Source: Guillardia theta CCMP2712
Lineage: Eukaryota; Protista; Cryptophyta
DNA length: 64,000 bases
NCBI RefSeq assembly: GCF_000315625.1
Contig: NW_005434503.1
Span: 1-64,000, forward strand
Direction of reading: 5' to 3'
Shown: positions 21,645 to 36,000 of the stretch, one piece after another
Layout of the letters: each line of letters starts with the position of its first letter
Position numbering within the stretch: position 1 is the first letter of the stretch
Notes under the pieces: generated by a model
Database searches by the model: none
What the model was told of the DNA's origin: nothing
The model's input: only the letters and a program-made list of their open reading frames with translations
Translations under genes and position numbers: made by a program

Positions 21645-22912
21645 GAATAGTATGAATCAAAGGTGCTTTCAGCTTTACCATTCACACAAGCAATTGTCCA
21701 TCGACAAAATTACAATTCTTGAACAACTTCCACCACCCATCTTCGAAAGAAAGAGTTCGATCTGTTTCTTGTGATGGCTTACGCCTGGCGGTAGTCACAG
21801 TTGAAGTGTCCTGCACGGTCACCATCCATTCCGGAGACGAAGCCAGAAGGAGGGTTCCACATGGTCTGCAATTAGAGTCATGTTGCTGCATCTCGAATCG
21901 ATCGTATAATCACCCCATAGAAGTCATGTCCGGAGCCCTGTCCATCAAAAACACCAGGAGGGGTGTGGTCGAAGAGGCAAGGAGGGAGGTTGGTAACGCA
22001 AAGCATCTGCAAGCCATCTTGTCTCAGTATTTGAATATCCAGTGATTCCACATCGAAGATCATATCGACTTTAAGATTTCTCATCCTTGTCAACTTCCAC
22101 AGCACTAGAATCAACACAAAGGGTATCAAACTTCTTAATCAGCACTGTTCATCACATTTACATAACAATACATAATTGAAGTCTGATCGGCGTTGACGTA
22201 GGTAAAGGACATTCAATGGTCAATGTTGCACAATCGACAAGGGAACTCAATCGAGCAGAGTAAATTCTTATTCAAAATTACAAATATCAAGATTTTCAAA
22301 GAGTTATGCAGACAATCATTGCGAAACACTGAATCAAGCTCTGCATTAGACGCATAACTAGCCATCGACCACTCCACCCATCAAACGAAGAACAAGCCCA
22401 AGAATGAACAAGCAAAGATTGAGCCTTTGGGAGAGGGAAAGCAGGAGATAACGATCAACTTTCTCACACACTAAAGCCACATGCGTTCACATCTGTGCCA
22501 TCCCAAGCTTCCCTTCGATTCTGTTTCCTCACCTGACGGAGCATGGCTGCGGCGGGCTGCTTTAGGGAAGTGAGATCACTCCAGGGTAGGGTACATTGAG
22601 CAAAAGGGTCCTCACCTAAGATGGGTGGTAAACACCGGTAATTGTAGAGGCACAGGAAGGGGTATTTACGATGTCTCTGAAAACTAAGGAGGTCGTAGGT
22701 GTAGGTGGGGTAGTGAAAGATCAGTGAAGCCGAAGAGCCACGCGACTCTTCATCTACTCAGTTGATAGCTGCTCTCCGACCGGGCCAAGTAGTCCATCGG
22801 ATGGCCCGGGGCCCGGCCCGGCCGGGCCAGCCCACTGGTGTCCGGGTGCCACTGATGGGGCGGATCCAGTTCGTCCAGTTCTACATTTCATGCTAGTGGA
22901 GGGAAAGCAAAC

Positions 22913-25900
22913 ATGCACGCCAGTTTGCTGCTAGCGCTCTTGTGGATGATGCTATGTTGCAGAGCACAGACGGGTGAGATCGCTTGACCATCTCCTGACG
23001 TTGGACTGACATGCTGATGGAAGGTGAAGAGCTTGAATGCGCTTCTCTCAAGGTGACGTGTCGCCTTCTTAAGCGCACATGTCAAGCTTTTCCTCACAGG
23101 ATTGTCTCAATTTGGCCAGCGTGTACAGCTCTTCCGCCTTACAGCACGAGCGGATGAAGGCCCATGCTCTCTATGAGGTATGACTTGTTCATTTCGGTTC
23201 ATCACATGCTGATTGTGTCAGAGAGCATGCCGATATGGGGAAGATTCGAAAGACGCGTGGTTGGGGAAAGGAGCGCTTGAACAAGATGCTGTATTAAGAT
23301 GTGCAACGAGTTACCCAATGTATTCTGACGTAGCCATTACAGGGACGGCTAGAGGAGGCGTGGAGAAGCTTATGCGTCGCTTTCCTGTTGGACCCTTCCT
23401 GTTGGCGCGTTGGTATCAACATGGGAAACCTTGCGGCTCGTCGACAGCAGTTTGTAAGCAGAGGGCGCCGCTTGAAGCCACGTGAGATGATGCACAGGGT
23501 CTGGCTCATCGTTTGTTCAAACACCTTACGAGAGTCAACCCCTTCTTGCCACAAGCTCACTACTCCTTGGGGTTCCTCAATCTGTTGTACGCTCGTTATC
23601 CTTCTCATGGCATGGTCGATTGAAAATGAGCGTCTAAAGATCCGGGCGAAACCGCCATGCTTGCTTCTACTTTCAAAAGGTACCTATGCTTGTAACAGCT
23701 ACAAAGAGGAGTAGTTGTACTGTCGGTTGAATGAGCAAACAAACAGGCGTGGGGAATAAAGCCAGATTTTCATACAATGGAGGGATACGAAATGGCGATT
23801 GACGGTCTAAAAGCATTGAAACAGCTTGGTAAATCCTTTGCCATATATGGGAGCAGGATACTGAGGGGAAGAGAATGACTGAAATCATTTCATTCAGGCG
23901 TTAGGTGCCCAGTAAAGATGTTCAATTCGACATCATTTAGCTACTATGACGATCCTTCACCATTCAAACGTTTGCGCTGTCATTGGAAGGAAGATTATCT
24001 CTTGCAATCAATTCCTTCAAGTTCGTGCGAATTCAGTGTTTATCAATGGAATGTTGATTTCTCACAGATTGTTCTGAACTTGATATTGTTGCCTTCCTCT
24101 TCGACGCTGCATCTGTCTGCCATACAGACGCCTCCTACATACTACATGTCATGCCAAGTGTCCGAGAGTTTGTTGGAAATATTCATGCGCTTTTCGGATC
24201 TCATTGCCAATCATCTGTCAGGCTACATCTTGTGCATGACGGGCAAGCTTTACTCTTGGATAGGGCCGATGTGTTTTAAGATTGTATTGCAGGCCTGAAG
24301 AGCTCAGAGATATCACCATCTCGGAAATCAAATCTTGGGACCTAACAACATTGCATAGCTTAACATCAGAGGGGTCTGCAGCAGAGGAGAGGAGGAGACT
24401 TGCTTGCTTTGCAGAGGAGCATGGGACAGAGGAGTCCTTGAAGTGGAAGATGACAATGCTGAACTTTATGATGAAGCAGGGGCAAATTCCTACTACAGTT
24501 GTTGTCATTGACATTGGCGTCTGGCTGAATCATGCCAGCGGGATTTTTCGAGTTTTGCAACCAGTCAAGAACAAAGAAAGCACATTGAACCTGGTGAGAG
24601 ATCGAGGGTTATGCAGGGACTGGACGTTTGCTGCAAGACTTGGGGGGGACAGTGAGGAGCCAAAACAATTCAGATGCAGCGGTGTAGAGAACGAGCTCCT
24701 TCGACCGAAACCAACAAATCCCGTGCTGATTGTGGGAAGCTCAGAAGCCTCCCTCGAGCTATCTCGAATTTTCATGAACAGCCGTATCTCTTCCCGCCAT
24801 CGTCCTGACATTCCATTCGGCTCGAAACACAGTCACGCAGAGCAAGACGACGTCAAAGTTCTTGTTGTCATTGTCACTTATAGTTGTCAAAAAGATTCGG
24901 TCAATTATGAGAATCAGTCTCTCTATCAGCAAGTAGCACTCTTGCGGTCTGCAAGGAAGGAGTTAAGCTGCTTTGTATTGCTGCTTGATGGAGTGGAACT
25001 TTCCCGAGCTGCGTCCAGCTCCATGGCAGGCTGTGTCTTCATGAGACGATCCTCTCCAATCCGATACTCGGTATCCTTGGACGCTGATATTCCTTCTCAG
25101 CAAGACATTTCTAAACTTGTGAGTGTGAAGTGTTTGGTAAAGGAGCGATAGAGGTCATGTGATCACTGCTGGCAGGTAGAAAATGTCGGAATTATTGTCT
25201 GGCCAGCTGGAGACAGAACTCGAGTGCCCATGGCGAAGTGCTACCTACGTTTGAAATTCAAGGTCAACAAGATTGATGGAGCCAAGGTGTTGCTGACTTG
25301 ATCTTAGGTCCCAACACCTGATCGGAACTATTCTTTTCCTTCTCATTACCATCAAAGAACCAAGATTTGTTTGTGCGTGCCAACTATTACACCCCCTGGT
25401 GTATCGAAGGTATCAGCGCTTCCGTTCATCAACACCTTCTTGCCTTCGCTAGTTGCTTCGATCAGCGATGACTTTTCGTTCGAAAACTACATTTTTGTGG
25501 TGTACGTTGCGTATGATCAGGGAGATCCGTTGTATGACAAGAATAGGAGTTTGATTGAACAGCATACAAAAGATCAGACCTTCAACCGACCAATCTTCTT
25601 GAAATTCTACAGGATGCCTCCATCTAAGGTCATATCATCCTGCTTTTCGGAAACGTATGACACAACGCAGGGAGGGATCGCGTTTTTATGGAATTCATTG
25701 ATGGCTGCAGCATGGCAAGACGGCTGCGACTATTTTTACCAAAGCAACGATGATGTGCAATTTGTCACCAGAGCCTGGGCGAAAACATTCGTTGAAACCT
25801 TGCAAACTAGTCTTGTTCGAGCAAACTTCGGGGTTGTTGGAGCTGTGGATCTGAACAACAATCTGGTTCTTACCCAGAGGTTTGTAATTTACTTTTGCAA

Positions 25901-26267
25901 CATTCGAGAACTACTGACCAGTTTTCTTGCAGCTTTGTTCACCGAACGCATCAACACATATTTAGTTCTCACTTTCCGATGACCATCAAGAATTGGCATC
26001 TGGATGACTGGATCTCTCAAGTCTACCCCGAGAATGCTACGTTCAGGCTGAAGAATGTATTCATCAAGAACACCAACATGTTTGGCACAAGGCAAAATAT
26101 TGAACTTTGCGGTGCACCTTATGACGGTTTGCAGGTATGCGGAATGTAGAGAAGACAAAACTTGGTACGAGAACGAAGTGCTGCGAGGGCGACGCTTGAT
26201 CCAAGATTGGATGAAAATGGCGGAGAACGACGATGAGAAGGGAAAGAAGTTTCGCTCTGCAGCATGA
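22913..26267 (+). CDS. Secretory-pathway multidomain protein with C-terminal GT-A (GT2-like) glycosyltransferase; may be more than one gene
   Basis: Signal peptide MHASLLLALLWMMLCCRAQ; C-terminal YVAYDQGD, WNSLMAAAWQDGCDYFYQSNDD, GVVG, LTQSFVHRTH..IF..KNWHLDDWISQVY. Confidence 0.7.
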
Positions 26268-27654
26268 CCTAGAAGTTTCGCTTTCTCACAAGCTTGATAA
26301 GTAAAGATATTGCCTGCTGCAAAATGAGGCAAAGCAAGGAGAGGAAGCGAGATTCGGCACGAATCATTCAAATGGTATATACTAACGCTATGAAAGAGCA
26401 AGAAAAAATGATTCCAAAAGTCAGGCAGGCAGAGAGGCAGAGAGAAAGTCAGTAGCGATTTGGCAATGGGGTAGAGTGAGGGGAATTGTGGGTAGTGAGC
26501 GAAACTGTTTATGACAAGAGACTAGATGAGGAAAGGGTAAAGAATAGGGAGAGATTATTGTCTGAGCAGTATCTCGGCATTTCCTTCCTGTTTCTCCTAT
26601 GACATGCCTCAGCATTACTGCTGCGAGGAACATTCGCAAGTTATCCCGAGATTATTCTGGAAATTCTATTTTCTCAACACACATTGTTTGGGTCTGTATG
26701 GCTAGCTAGAAAGGCTCCAAAAGACTAGTTTTAGAGTACAAGTCAAGGAGCTTACAGGCGAAAAGACCGGATCCCATGTGATCTGGCGACATCACGAGAC
26801 AGGTGAAAGTTAGGTCTTTACGTTTGGGGGGTAGTGTGTGAAAGTCATAGACTGTAGCAGGGGTACTTTACCATCATAAATGTGTCATAGAGTGAGGTGG
26901 GGTTGTAACTCGAGTAGGTGGGTAGTAGTCATGATCACAGTGACATGCAGCTGTGGCCGTAAATTCGTACGAGGGGGTTGGGCATCCCGTGGGTGGGGTG
27001 GAGTCGAAGTCGACTGGAGGTTTTGACTTCTTGTGTTACATGCGGGGCACTTGGTGGGTGATGAGACTGGTTTTGATGGGGTGGGGGTGAGCTGCCGTCT
27101 GTGATATAGTCGACTCAGGGGTGGGGGGTCGCACGCCTTAGGGGGAAAAACAAGAGCTATGCAGCGATGGATAGATCAGAGGAGGAGGCAAGGAGGGAAG
27201 AAGATTGCGATCTTTTTCATTTGAATGGCAACATACATCTATCAACTTCATTCGCGTTTCATGAGAGGCAACTTCTTTCAAAGGAAAGTGAGGGATTAGA
27301 TGCTAGATGGTGTCCAATCGCTCAGGCGCGCCAAGAATGACTGTGAGCGTGAGCTGGGCCTCAAGCAGGACGGTAGAAATATTGTAAGAAATCCCCTTTG
27401 GACAAATCAGAATCTCGATTTAAATCATGCATTGATTCAGGAAGGTGTAAGATAATCTCAGTTACAACCACGACAATTGGTTGTTGTCGTTTTTCTCAAT
27501 GCTTACTCGCTTTTGCCAGACGTTTTCAATGCCACTCTGTCTATTCGATCTCATTCGATAGTGCAGCATCAAGGTAATATCTGTAGGCTGTATTTGCAAA
27601 GTCAGCTAACTGTAGTTCCGAAAAGGGATAGGTGAGCATGGAACAGTAGTACGA

Positions 27655-28221
27655 TTGGAAGCAGCAAACGTGCATCAAACTCAGAAACACACCTCTTTGA
27701 TCTTCATGATGGATATGAGCTCTGCCAATATTCCTGGAGATGACATTATAGATGGGAAAGAATTGTCAAAAGCAGACCTCCAAAGCACTGGACTTACCGA
27801 CAATTTACAGAGAAATCCAGGAAGCAGACATTCTTACGGTGTAACAAGCAAGTCGTCGCTCTACAAAATGAGGAGATGGCTGTCGTCAAGCAGACATCCA
27901 ACTAGGGTTGCGTGTAGTGGTTGTCGAGGTGCGAAGGCAAAGTGCGACGACGAACGACCGTGCAGAAGATGTATGGCAAGAGGCATTCAGTGTGATGGCG
28001 AAGGTGCTAGCCGTTCGCGACGCCAAAGTGTTGGAGAAGCGTCAGAACGGTCATCCGAGGGTGATAAATATGCCGATGATGAGACACTGCGCTCGCAGAG
28101 CTCTGGAGACGAGCATACTGTGATGTCTCTCGAAGAACATGACGAGAACTACAGCTGGGATACAAGTTTTGATGCCGGGTTGCTTGATGAAGCGTTGCAA
28201 CATGTACAGAGTCGAACCTAA
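27655..28221 (+). CDS. Zn(II)2Cys6 binuclear-cluster transcription factor (true start probably ATG ~27706)
   Basis: ACSGCRGAKAKCDDERPCRRCMARGIQC. Confidence 0.9.
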   Translation: MEAANVHQTQKHTSLIFMMDMSSANIPGDDIIDGKELSKADLQSTGLTDNLQRNPGSRHSYGVTSKSSLYKMRRWLSSSRHPTRVACSGCRGAKAKCDDERPCRRCMARGIQCDGEGASRSRRQSVGEASERSSEGDKYADDETLRSQSSGDEHTVMSLEEHDENYSWDTSFDAGLLDEALQHVQSRT

Positions 28222-28540
28222 GAACATCCAGGAAATCATTTCTTGATAGGATGATATCAGAACCTGTTATTCTTTCTTGATTGTCAATCATGACCTCAAT
28301 CAAGGTAGCTGGTCTTCCCTCCCCTCCCCCCAAAAATCAAACACGGAACCCTCGACAAGACCTTATAAATAGTGAATGAAAATAAAAGCCATCTAAACGG
28401 ATAGAATAATATGCAGGAATTTCAAAATCGGCATCATCCATCCTTTCAATCAATACATCAACGCCTTCACTTTTACCTAACCTCTGTCAAGATTATTTCC
28501 TTCTTACTGGTTGCTGATGCATACAAGACACGTATCCTCC

Positions 28541-29278
28541 CTACTGTGTGTATGCATATTCAGCCTTGTTATGCATGACCATCTTGTCTCCGACAAAGTA
28601 GAAACTATCTGATTTCGTTTCATATGGGTTATCGATCATCGCCTTTTCCGTCTCGGCGTCGAGCTCCGGAAGTGTGTAGATGACCTCCCAAGTGTTGCGA
28701 GAATTCGGCATACAAAATCCAAGAGTAAAATCAAACGACTTCAGGAGCTTGTCACGAAAGTAATGTCGTTCTATCATTCGGAACGACTGAACCTAAACAA
28801 AATCAAATCAAAAATCGGTGTTGAGCAAAAGAATGACAAAAATCAAGCATTGAGGGGACAAAGGTGATTCTTCACCTCCTTGTCTCCGACAGAAAAGACG
28901 AGAGACGTGCCGATAGTCCTTGCCTTCAAAAATTCTGATGGGAATGCATACTGAATGAGCCGGTAGAGGTCTTCCTGTTCTGGCGGGATGTCCGTGATAG
29001 GCTCCGATGGCTAATTTAACTGTCAGCTAGAACAAAGGCAGGACACAAAACACGCACTGCGTCATCGGGTTTTTTAACGTGGTATAGATCTCGTTGCTGC
29101 CCTTCCATCTCTCGAATTCGAAATTCAAGGAATTCTATTCCATAAGTGTTCGCACTCATCGGGCACAAATATCCTGTTGCACGAGTGAATGGAAACAAAC
29201 AAGCAAGAATGAATCACCTTCGCATGGTGCAGTAAGCTTCAAACATTCGTCAGGCGTCCACTCCTTCGCTTCTGACAT
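28541..29278 (-). CDS. UNC119: UNC119 (PDE-delta family myristoyl-binding ciliary trafficking protein); multi-exon
   Basis: [21 protein letters not shown]; [31 protein letters not shown]; [21 protein letters not shown]. Confidence 0.95.
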
Positions 29279-30219
29279 TGCGCGTATCGTCGTGCAGGTC
29301 GCCCCTGCTTTCAAGTCTCAGCCAACAGCGCGGAAACTGACGTTATGCCCAATTCAAACTTGAAAGCTGCACTCTACACCCCTTTCCCCTCACAGACAAA
29401 AATCCTCCTTCCAGGCATTGTTCTTTCCTCGATACAATCAACTGGTTTCAGCGGCAAATTATTCGTTCAGCACTTTCAAGATATCTCTGGGCCCCTCAGA
29501 AGGCATTTAGGTTATCATGGAGAAAAATACGACGGGCATTGCTTCAGTAAGGGGCGCATCTCTGATATGAGTTAGCAAGAACAAACCTTGCTAGTTCATA
29601 CCTTTAAAAACATTAGGCAAAGAAACAACCCTGAACAACAATCGAAACGTCGATCGCTCCCAGACACTCTATCTGGATTGAAAACAAAGCATTTCCATAT
29701 AAACGCAAGCAAAGCAATGAATCCCAAATACATCACAAGGCATCTACTTGACTTACAAGATTCCAAAACGCAAGACAAAATTGATCTCTTCAGCCTACAC
29801 TGTACTAGAACTGCTGTACACAATTCATCATAGTCCTTTCCAACAAATTCAACTTGTCTGATGTATTTGAAGAAAAGCTAGCTTTCAGTCACAGATCCAT
29901 GACATCTACGGAAAAACTTGATTGCTCCTCTGAACATTATAAAACATCCACCTTTTCATATGCTTCCAGGTTGCAGACTCCTTTTTCAAGCACTTTTACC
30001 CTTTCCCATGTGGTGCTAAGGGAGGTTAGATAGCTCTACGTCAGCTCTCTACCTTCAAATCTACAGATGGCTCTGTTTTTTCCTCTTTCCCAAATTCTCT
30101 TAGTCATGTTCTTCCAATCGCCATCATTTCCTCGCGTTCGGTGACTGTCTTCGATATGAATGCCCTTCTCCCTTGATCGTCCTCTGCCGCTGGAGCAGCA
30201 GCATGAAGTCACCCCTCCC

Positions 30220-30340
30220 ACCGGGGACACCTACCCTACCCTACCCTACCCTACCCAGGTACTATACCCTACCCTAGCTTACCTCAGCTTACCCTACCTT
30301 AGCTTACCCTACTTTTCAAACATGTCACCCACCCTAGTTG
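30220..30340. repeat. (CCCTA)n-rich degenerate repeat in divergent intergenic region
   Basis: ctaccctaccctaccctaccctaccc...agcttaccc. Confidence 0.7.
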
Positions 30341-30694
30341 TGCACTATCCTTGCAAAAGACAACAACCCACCCCCCCCCATTGTTTCCAAAAACCGCAAC
30401 AATGGACTACCTGCATGATTGCCAACCTCACCTCGACAATCTACTACCCCTGCAGAACCCTGGTCGACTACCCCTGTTGTTTCCAGGCATGCGCAAGGAG
30501 AGCAGGTCTTGGGTAGGGTGGTTGCAACCAGCGATTCTTTAACGGATTCAATTTATGTCTTCTTTTTTGAAACTTTGTAAAATATTTTCAAATACGAGAC
30601 ACAAAAATACGAGAGATATCCAGGTTATTCCGTTACAGATCCGTCCGTTACAATGCATCCTACGAAACTTCGATTGGGAAACCAGTTTGTCGCC

Positions 30695-32916
30695 ATGGAT
30701 CTGATACAGGAGGTGGCGGAGCAAGGAGATCAGGTGGACAATGAGACCAGGAAAGTAGAGCACAAGATACTTCATATCAGGTTGTCTTGAATGTAATGCA
30801 AGCAGCTTGTGAGGGGAAAAGAGCCAAATATGCCCACTCAGTGCTTGGCGTCCAAAGAGAAATGCTGGCAAGACCTCGAGTCTCTCTTTCAATCACATGG
30901 TGACACACAAGTGAAATGGAAATTGCTTGCAGAAGCAGGAGAAACGCAGGGGACCGTCCCTGCTGCCCGTGAATGGCTTCTCCGGTACAGCGCTGACTCA
31001 ATGGATGAACTTCCATTGTTGGTATGCGCTATCGCAATTTTCTCCGAACAAGGGGACGAATGTGCTGTCGAGAGAGTCTGCCGTGAGCTGCTCATGGATC
31101 AGAGCAATCCGAGTTTGATTGAGGTGCGAAGTTGTGCCGTGAAATTCCGATCGATAGTGATCATAGTGGTGTTTGATGTTAGGCTGTCATCTGGTCACTG
31201 GAGAAGCTGTATCGATATGGCCAACAGAGCGATCCAAGCGCCTTGAGGGCCTTGTTACAGATATGCTGTGATAGAGCTTTGGATATCCGGCAAGTGAGCA
31301 AAGAATCTCTTGTCTCTGCCATCTCGCTCCTCCTCGTGGCGGTCAACTCAACGGAGGGGCAGGTAATTTTGTTGCTGTGAAACATGTAAATTGTGACTAG
31401 AGGCTAGAAGTTGAGTCAGGTAGCTCACGACGCTCGACGCCTGACGGCGCAAGAGAACGAGGATGAAGGTACACTCACGTACAGCTCAGCCACGACCCAC
31501 GAGATCGAGCTTCTTTGTCGCTTCATCCAAGATAGATGGAGCACGCGCTCTGAAATCGATGCCAGCTTAGCTGGTCGAACCGCCGCCGACTGGGAGGTGG
31601 CTCAATCGTTAAGCGAGCAGCTTTGGAGCAGATTTTATCAGAGATCTCGGAAGGTTTTGGAAGAAGATGATGAGGGGGAGGAGACAAGTTGTTCGAGGAT
31701 GACCAGCAGGAGGAGTCTTTGGCATCTAGTCAAAGCAAAAGCTGACGGCGTGGACTTTGTCTCCGGGTTGGTCTCAGCTGAGAATTTTGACCAACGAGAT
31801 GAAGAGTACGAATCGATCAAGTTGTTTTCGGGCCTGGAGAATGGTCTGTTAAACTGGATGAATCCAGAGGAAGGAAGTGAAAATTCGTGTAAGCATTCAT
31901 GCGAAGAGGAGGCTGATGCCCAACTCATGACAAGCCAGTGTCAATTACTTGTTCGCCTCCCTCCAGAGCTTTTCGATGACAAACTTCATGAGTTTACAGA
32001 CGTCAGACTGGTGATGCTTTCTGTGGCAGCCTACTTCTTTGATGAGTTGGCGCAGATTGTACACGGAGATCCCCGCGAAGGACTGATTGGACAACATGTG
32101 AGTGTTTGTAGACAGTGATTGGTGGGAGGAAAACCTCAGATTCTATCATTGTGTGACCAACCCTTGCACTGAGAACGCGCCATGATAGCTTCTAATCAAA
32201 GCACAATCAGGGTTTATTTGCAAAGAAGCTTATCCCACGTCTGACCATCTTTCCTGTCTCTTGCCCAGTGCGTAGCCGTTGCGCTCTAGAACGAGGGTGA
32301 CCAGACAAACAGGTTTACAAGGAAGAAGATTTCTACACGACTCGCGCTGGTTTGTTTCAAATGGAACTCTCAGAAAGGTTCAGTGAAAGAGCGAGGGAAG
32401 GATCGAAAGCTCATGTAGACGTGAAGGTACGCATATGAGTTCAGAACGAAACCCAAGAGAGGGTTAGAAGGCATCTGCTTTGAAGACCATGAAACCATCG
32501 TTGCTGATCTCTGGTCTGGGAATGAAGTGCGGTTCAATTTCTCTTGATATATTGATTTGACGACTTGTCACTATCAGGTGAAATATGTCAACGACTACAG
32601 GAATTCTTTCTTTGCGGCTAATGTTGAATTCTGTTGAGCTCAGCCTCCCTCATTCGACTGCTCATCACCATGAGCAGGTGAGATGCTGATCTACGGCCAG
32701 CCCCATCTCATCCTCGTCACTCTCTGCGACATTGAGCCCGACCAGGAGCTTCTGACGGACTACGGCAGCAGGTGGAGGAGATTGTCCTCCCTCCTCCGCA
32801 TCTCATCCCAATGCAGTTACTGGGAGAATCGCTCGCTCAAGGACGAGCTCCTATGGGAGGTCAAATCTCGCATCCTCCGGCTCTTTCAGCTCCTGCACAA
32901 GAATCCTTCGTCCTGA
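30695..32916 (+). CDS. Protein with TPR-like N-terminus and C-terminal SET domain; multi-exon
   Basis: FAKKLIP, YAYEF, GNEVKYVNDYR..ANVEF, LCDIEPDQELLTDYGS.YW. Confidence 0.75.
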
Positions 32917-33008
32917 GATAAAGATCCCGAGGAGCAGCAGGGAGCCTGCTTCTACCTGTGCGGTGAAGGTCTTTGGCTCCGGCCTTGTAACGTGTCCTGA
33001 CAGTCATG

Positions 33009-36000
33009 TCAAGTTGCTGCGCTGGTCTGGGCTTGCTCCAGGTCGATTCGCTGTAGTTCACGAGCTACCTCTTCTTCGTTTTCGCTCGTCAATCTCCTTG
33101 CTCTCTCCTCGTTCAGCTCGCTCATTCCGCTGGCATTGAACTGAAGTGCTTTCTGAATGACTTTCTCTCCTCCCTGCTTCACCTCGAACGCAAACAAGTA
33201 GATGCCTCGCTGTGTCAACATCATCGAGGTGCGGACAGCTGCTCGCCGCTCCATCAGGTTGCCTTTCCCCCGGCAGTGCTGCACCACAAGGTGAGGGTGC
33301 AGACGGAAACAGGCGCGTCCTTCCCAGTGCCCCATCACCAAGTTCGTCTGCTGCGCATGCGACGGGAAGTGATACGACACCATCGGCTGCAGAGCGCCCA
33401 AGTCCATGGTGTGTGTCTGAGACTTGTGAGACTGAACATCATCGGCAGGAGGTTGAAGCACATCCCATGGCTCCTCACTTTCCCTCTGCGCATCCTCGTT
33501 AGCATTTTTCAAGGCTCTTCGCACGTGCAAGTTTACCTCTCTGTCCTCGTCGATGGTTCGGAGATGGAGCGGTCGAGCAGCAGCCTCAAAGCTCTCTTGC
33601 CCCCTATCCTCCGGACACATCTCCAGGTCTCCTCCGATCACAATGTCTCTCTCCTCTCCGTTGTCGAAGAGAACTTTGCATGAAGCTCGCAACAGCTTGC
33701 TCTTCTTGGACGGGTCACCCAGTTCCTTGACATCGACAATGGTCCCGCTCTTCACAGCAGGCTCGTCGCGCGCAGAAGAGGCCGACACGGTGACTCGCTG
33801 ACCTCGATGAGGGTCGACATCTCTCCCTATCACTGTCTTGACCCTGACTCGCTCCTGGGCATGCCTTTCTTCTCTCACCTCCCTCAACCTGAAGTGTCCT
33901 TCAAACCCCGTGCGGTAGTCGCCCATGTACCCGTTGTCCCACGTGACCTCACAAATGTCACCCGTCACCCCGTCGCCGTCAAGATCTGTGGGGTCAACCC
34001 AAGAGATTCTGCCCAGAGACCCCCCTGTCTCCTCTAAGAGGTGAGGATACTTGGAGGCGATCACAGACCTGAGCCCCACTCTCATCCCCACTGAGGGGAA
34101 CACATGGTAGCCCACCACATCGTCTTCTCCGTCTGAATCAACTTCGGAATCCATCTCAGAGCTTTCGTGGCGCTTTTCCTGCCCTTGTGACTTGTTCCCA
34201 GGGCTCCTCGGTGTTGAAGACCCAAAATTGAGACCAAGGATGTTGTCTTGATGAACGGAGACTTCTGATGCCGATTCCGATTCCTCATCACTTGGATTTT
34301 TACCCTGCTCTTCCTCCTCAACCGCGTGCTCTTCTTCTGTGTATTCAACAGGCTCTTGCTTCCAGATTTCTCCCCAGAGTTGAATCGCATTCAGACTTCT
34401 CGTTGGCTCCACACTGCCATCCGAGTAGACGAGGAAGACTTTGACTGGGTTGGCAGCGGTCGGAGCAGTCTTGCTTGAGGACGGCACGTGCAACCGGAAC
34501 ATGCCGGTGCTCGTATGCATGAGCTCGACTCCAACATTCATCGACCGATGCCACAGGAGCGAGTACTCCAGCCCCTCCAGGCTCCTCTCCACCACCACCG
34601 CGTCCCTCCCTGTCGTCTTGAATTGACTCAAACTCTCACTCGCGTCCTGACTGCGAAATCGCGAGGAGTGACGCGAGACATAGGGAGCTGTGCTGCCGTG
34701 CAACAAGACCCAGTCAAAACCAAAGTCCAACCGCCTCTCGCCCTCGAGAAGCTTCTCCTCCTTGATGATTCCGAACTTGGTCGCGAGCTGCACCATGGCC
34801 TCTTGGAAGGCAGTCAGGTCCTGGGAATCCATCTCAAGGCTCTGCAGCCATTGGCTGTCGTTGTGACGCATGGCGAGGTGTCTGAGGTCATTCATGCTGC
34901 TCTCGCTCAGGACTCTTGCAAGGTACTTGGAGAACTTGTGCCGAGAGAACCAGTTGATCAGCTGCAGCAGCTGGAAGTCATCGAAGCTCATCAGCTCCAC
35001 GTTTAGCCCGAGGCCCTGGACTTGCTCGCGGCAGTGATGCCGGGAGTCACAGTGGCTGATGACTTGCAGGGTCCTGATGCGAGCATGCTCGTCTCCAGAA
35101 TTGTCAGGAGGGCCCGACGAGCCTCGAGGGTCAGCTGACTCGCTGCTGATGAGTATGGTACACATGCAGATCTGACCGTGGGCTAGGAAGAGGTCAGCAA
35201 CCTTGTCCCAGGTCAACCCATGGATGTTGGTGTCTTGTATCTTCAACAAGATGTCTCCCTCCTTCACCCCTGATGAGACGCAAGAAACTTGTGTGAAAAC
35301 AAATTGTCCGTCTGCTCGCTTGACAAGAATGGCAGAACAACGAGCTTCGTCGCTATGCATTTGGGGAACATCGAACGATAAAGTCTTGACAACCTCGTCT
35401 TTTGACTCTGAGTTCCTATCAACTTTCATGATCCTGAAGTACTTCTTGGCTGATTCCTGAAGCAGCTCCTTGTTGGCTGTTTCCATCTGCTGCGGGTCAG
35501 TGTAGAACTTCAAGTAATCTATCTTCTCTTTGATCTTCAGCTTGAGAATCGCTCTATGCTTGCGCATTGTAATCCCAAGAACTTCGCGCATGTCTTTTTC
35601 GGACATGTCTATAAGCTGTTCACCATCAACCTCATTGCGCTTTGCTTGTCGAATATACCGATCTGTTTGCTCCAAAAATCTTGGTCGCAGTTCTTCTAGA
35701 AATTTGCAAACCTCTCGGCACGAGAATTCTGCAGGAAACAAGATCCGTCAACTCTATATCCAAACATGCGTTCAGAAAGCAGAACATGCAAACATTACCT
35801 AAAACATTCACACTGCGAATCAGTTGTTCTTCTCCCATTCTTTCCCTTCGTAGTCTCAGTGCTTTGTTGAACTTTCGTTGATCTTCGGGGGTAGCACAGA
35901 TATCAGCAGCATTGCTCTCCTTCTCGGGCGAAATGACTTGGCTTTGACTTTGATTGCTGTGAATCTTCAAGGCCAAGACCTCTTGCACCACATTCCTGTA

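Noticed and set aside
21682-22129. Possible minus-strand gene
   Set aside because: Only short ORFs with no motif; insufficient support.
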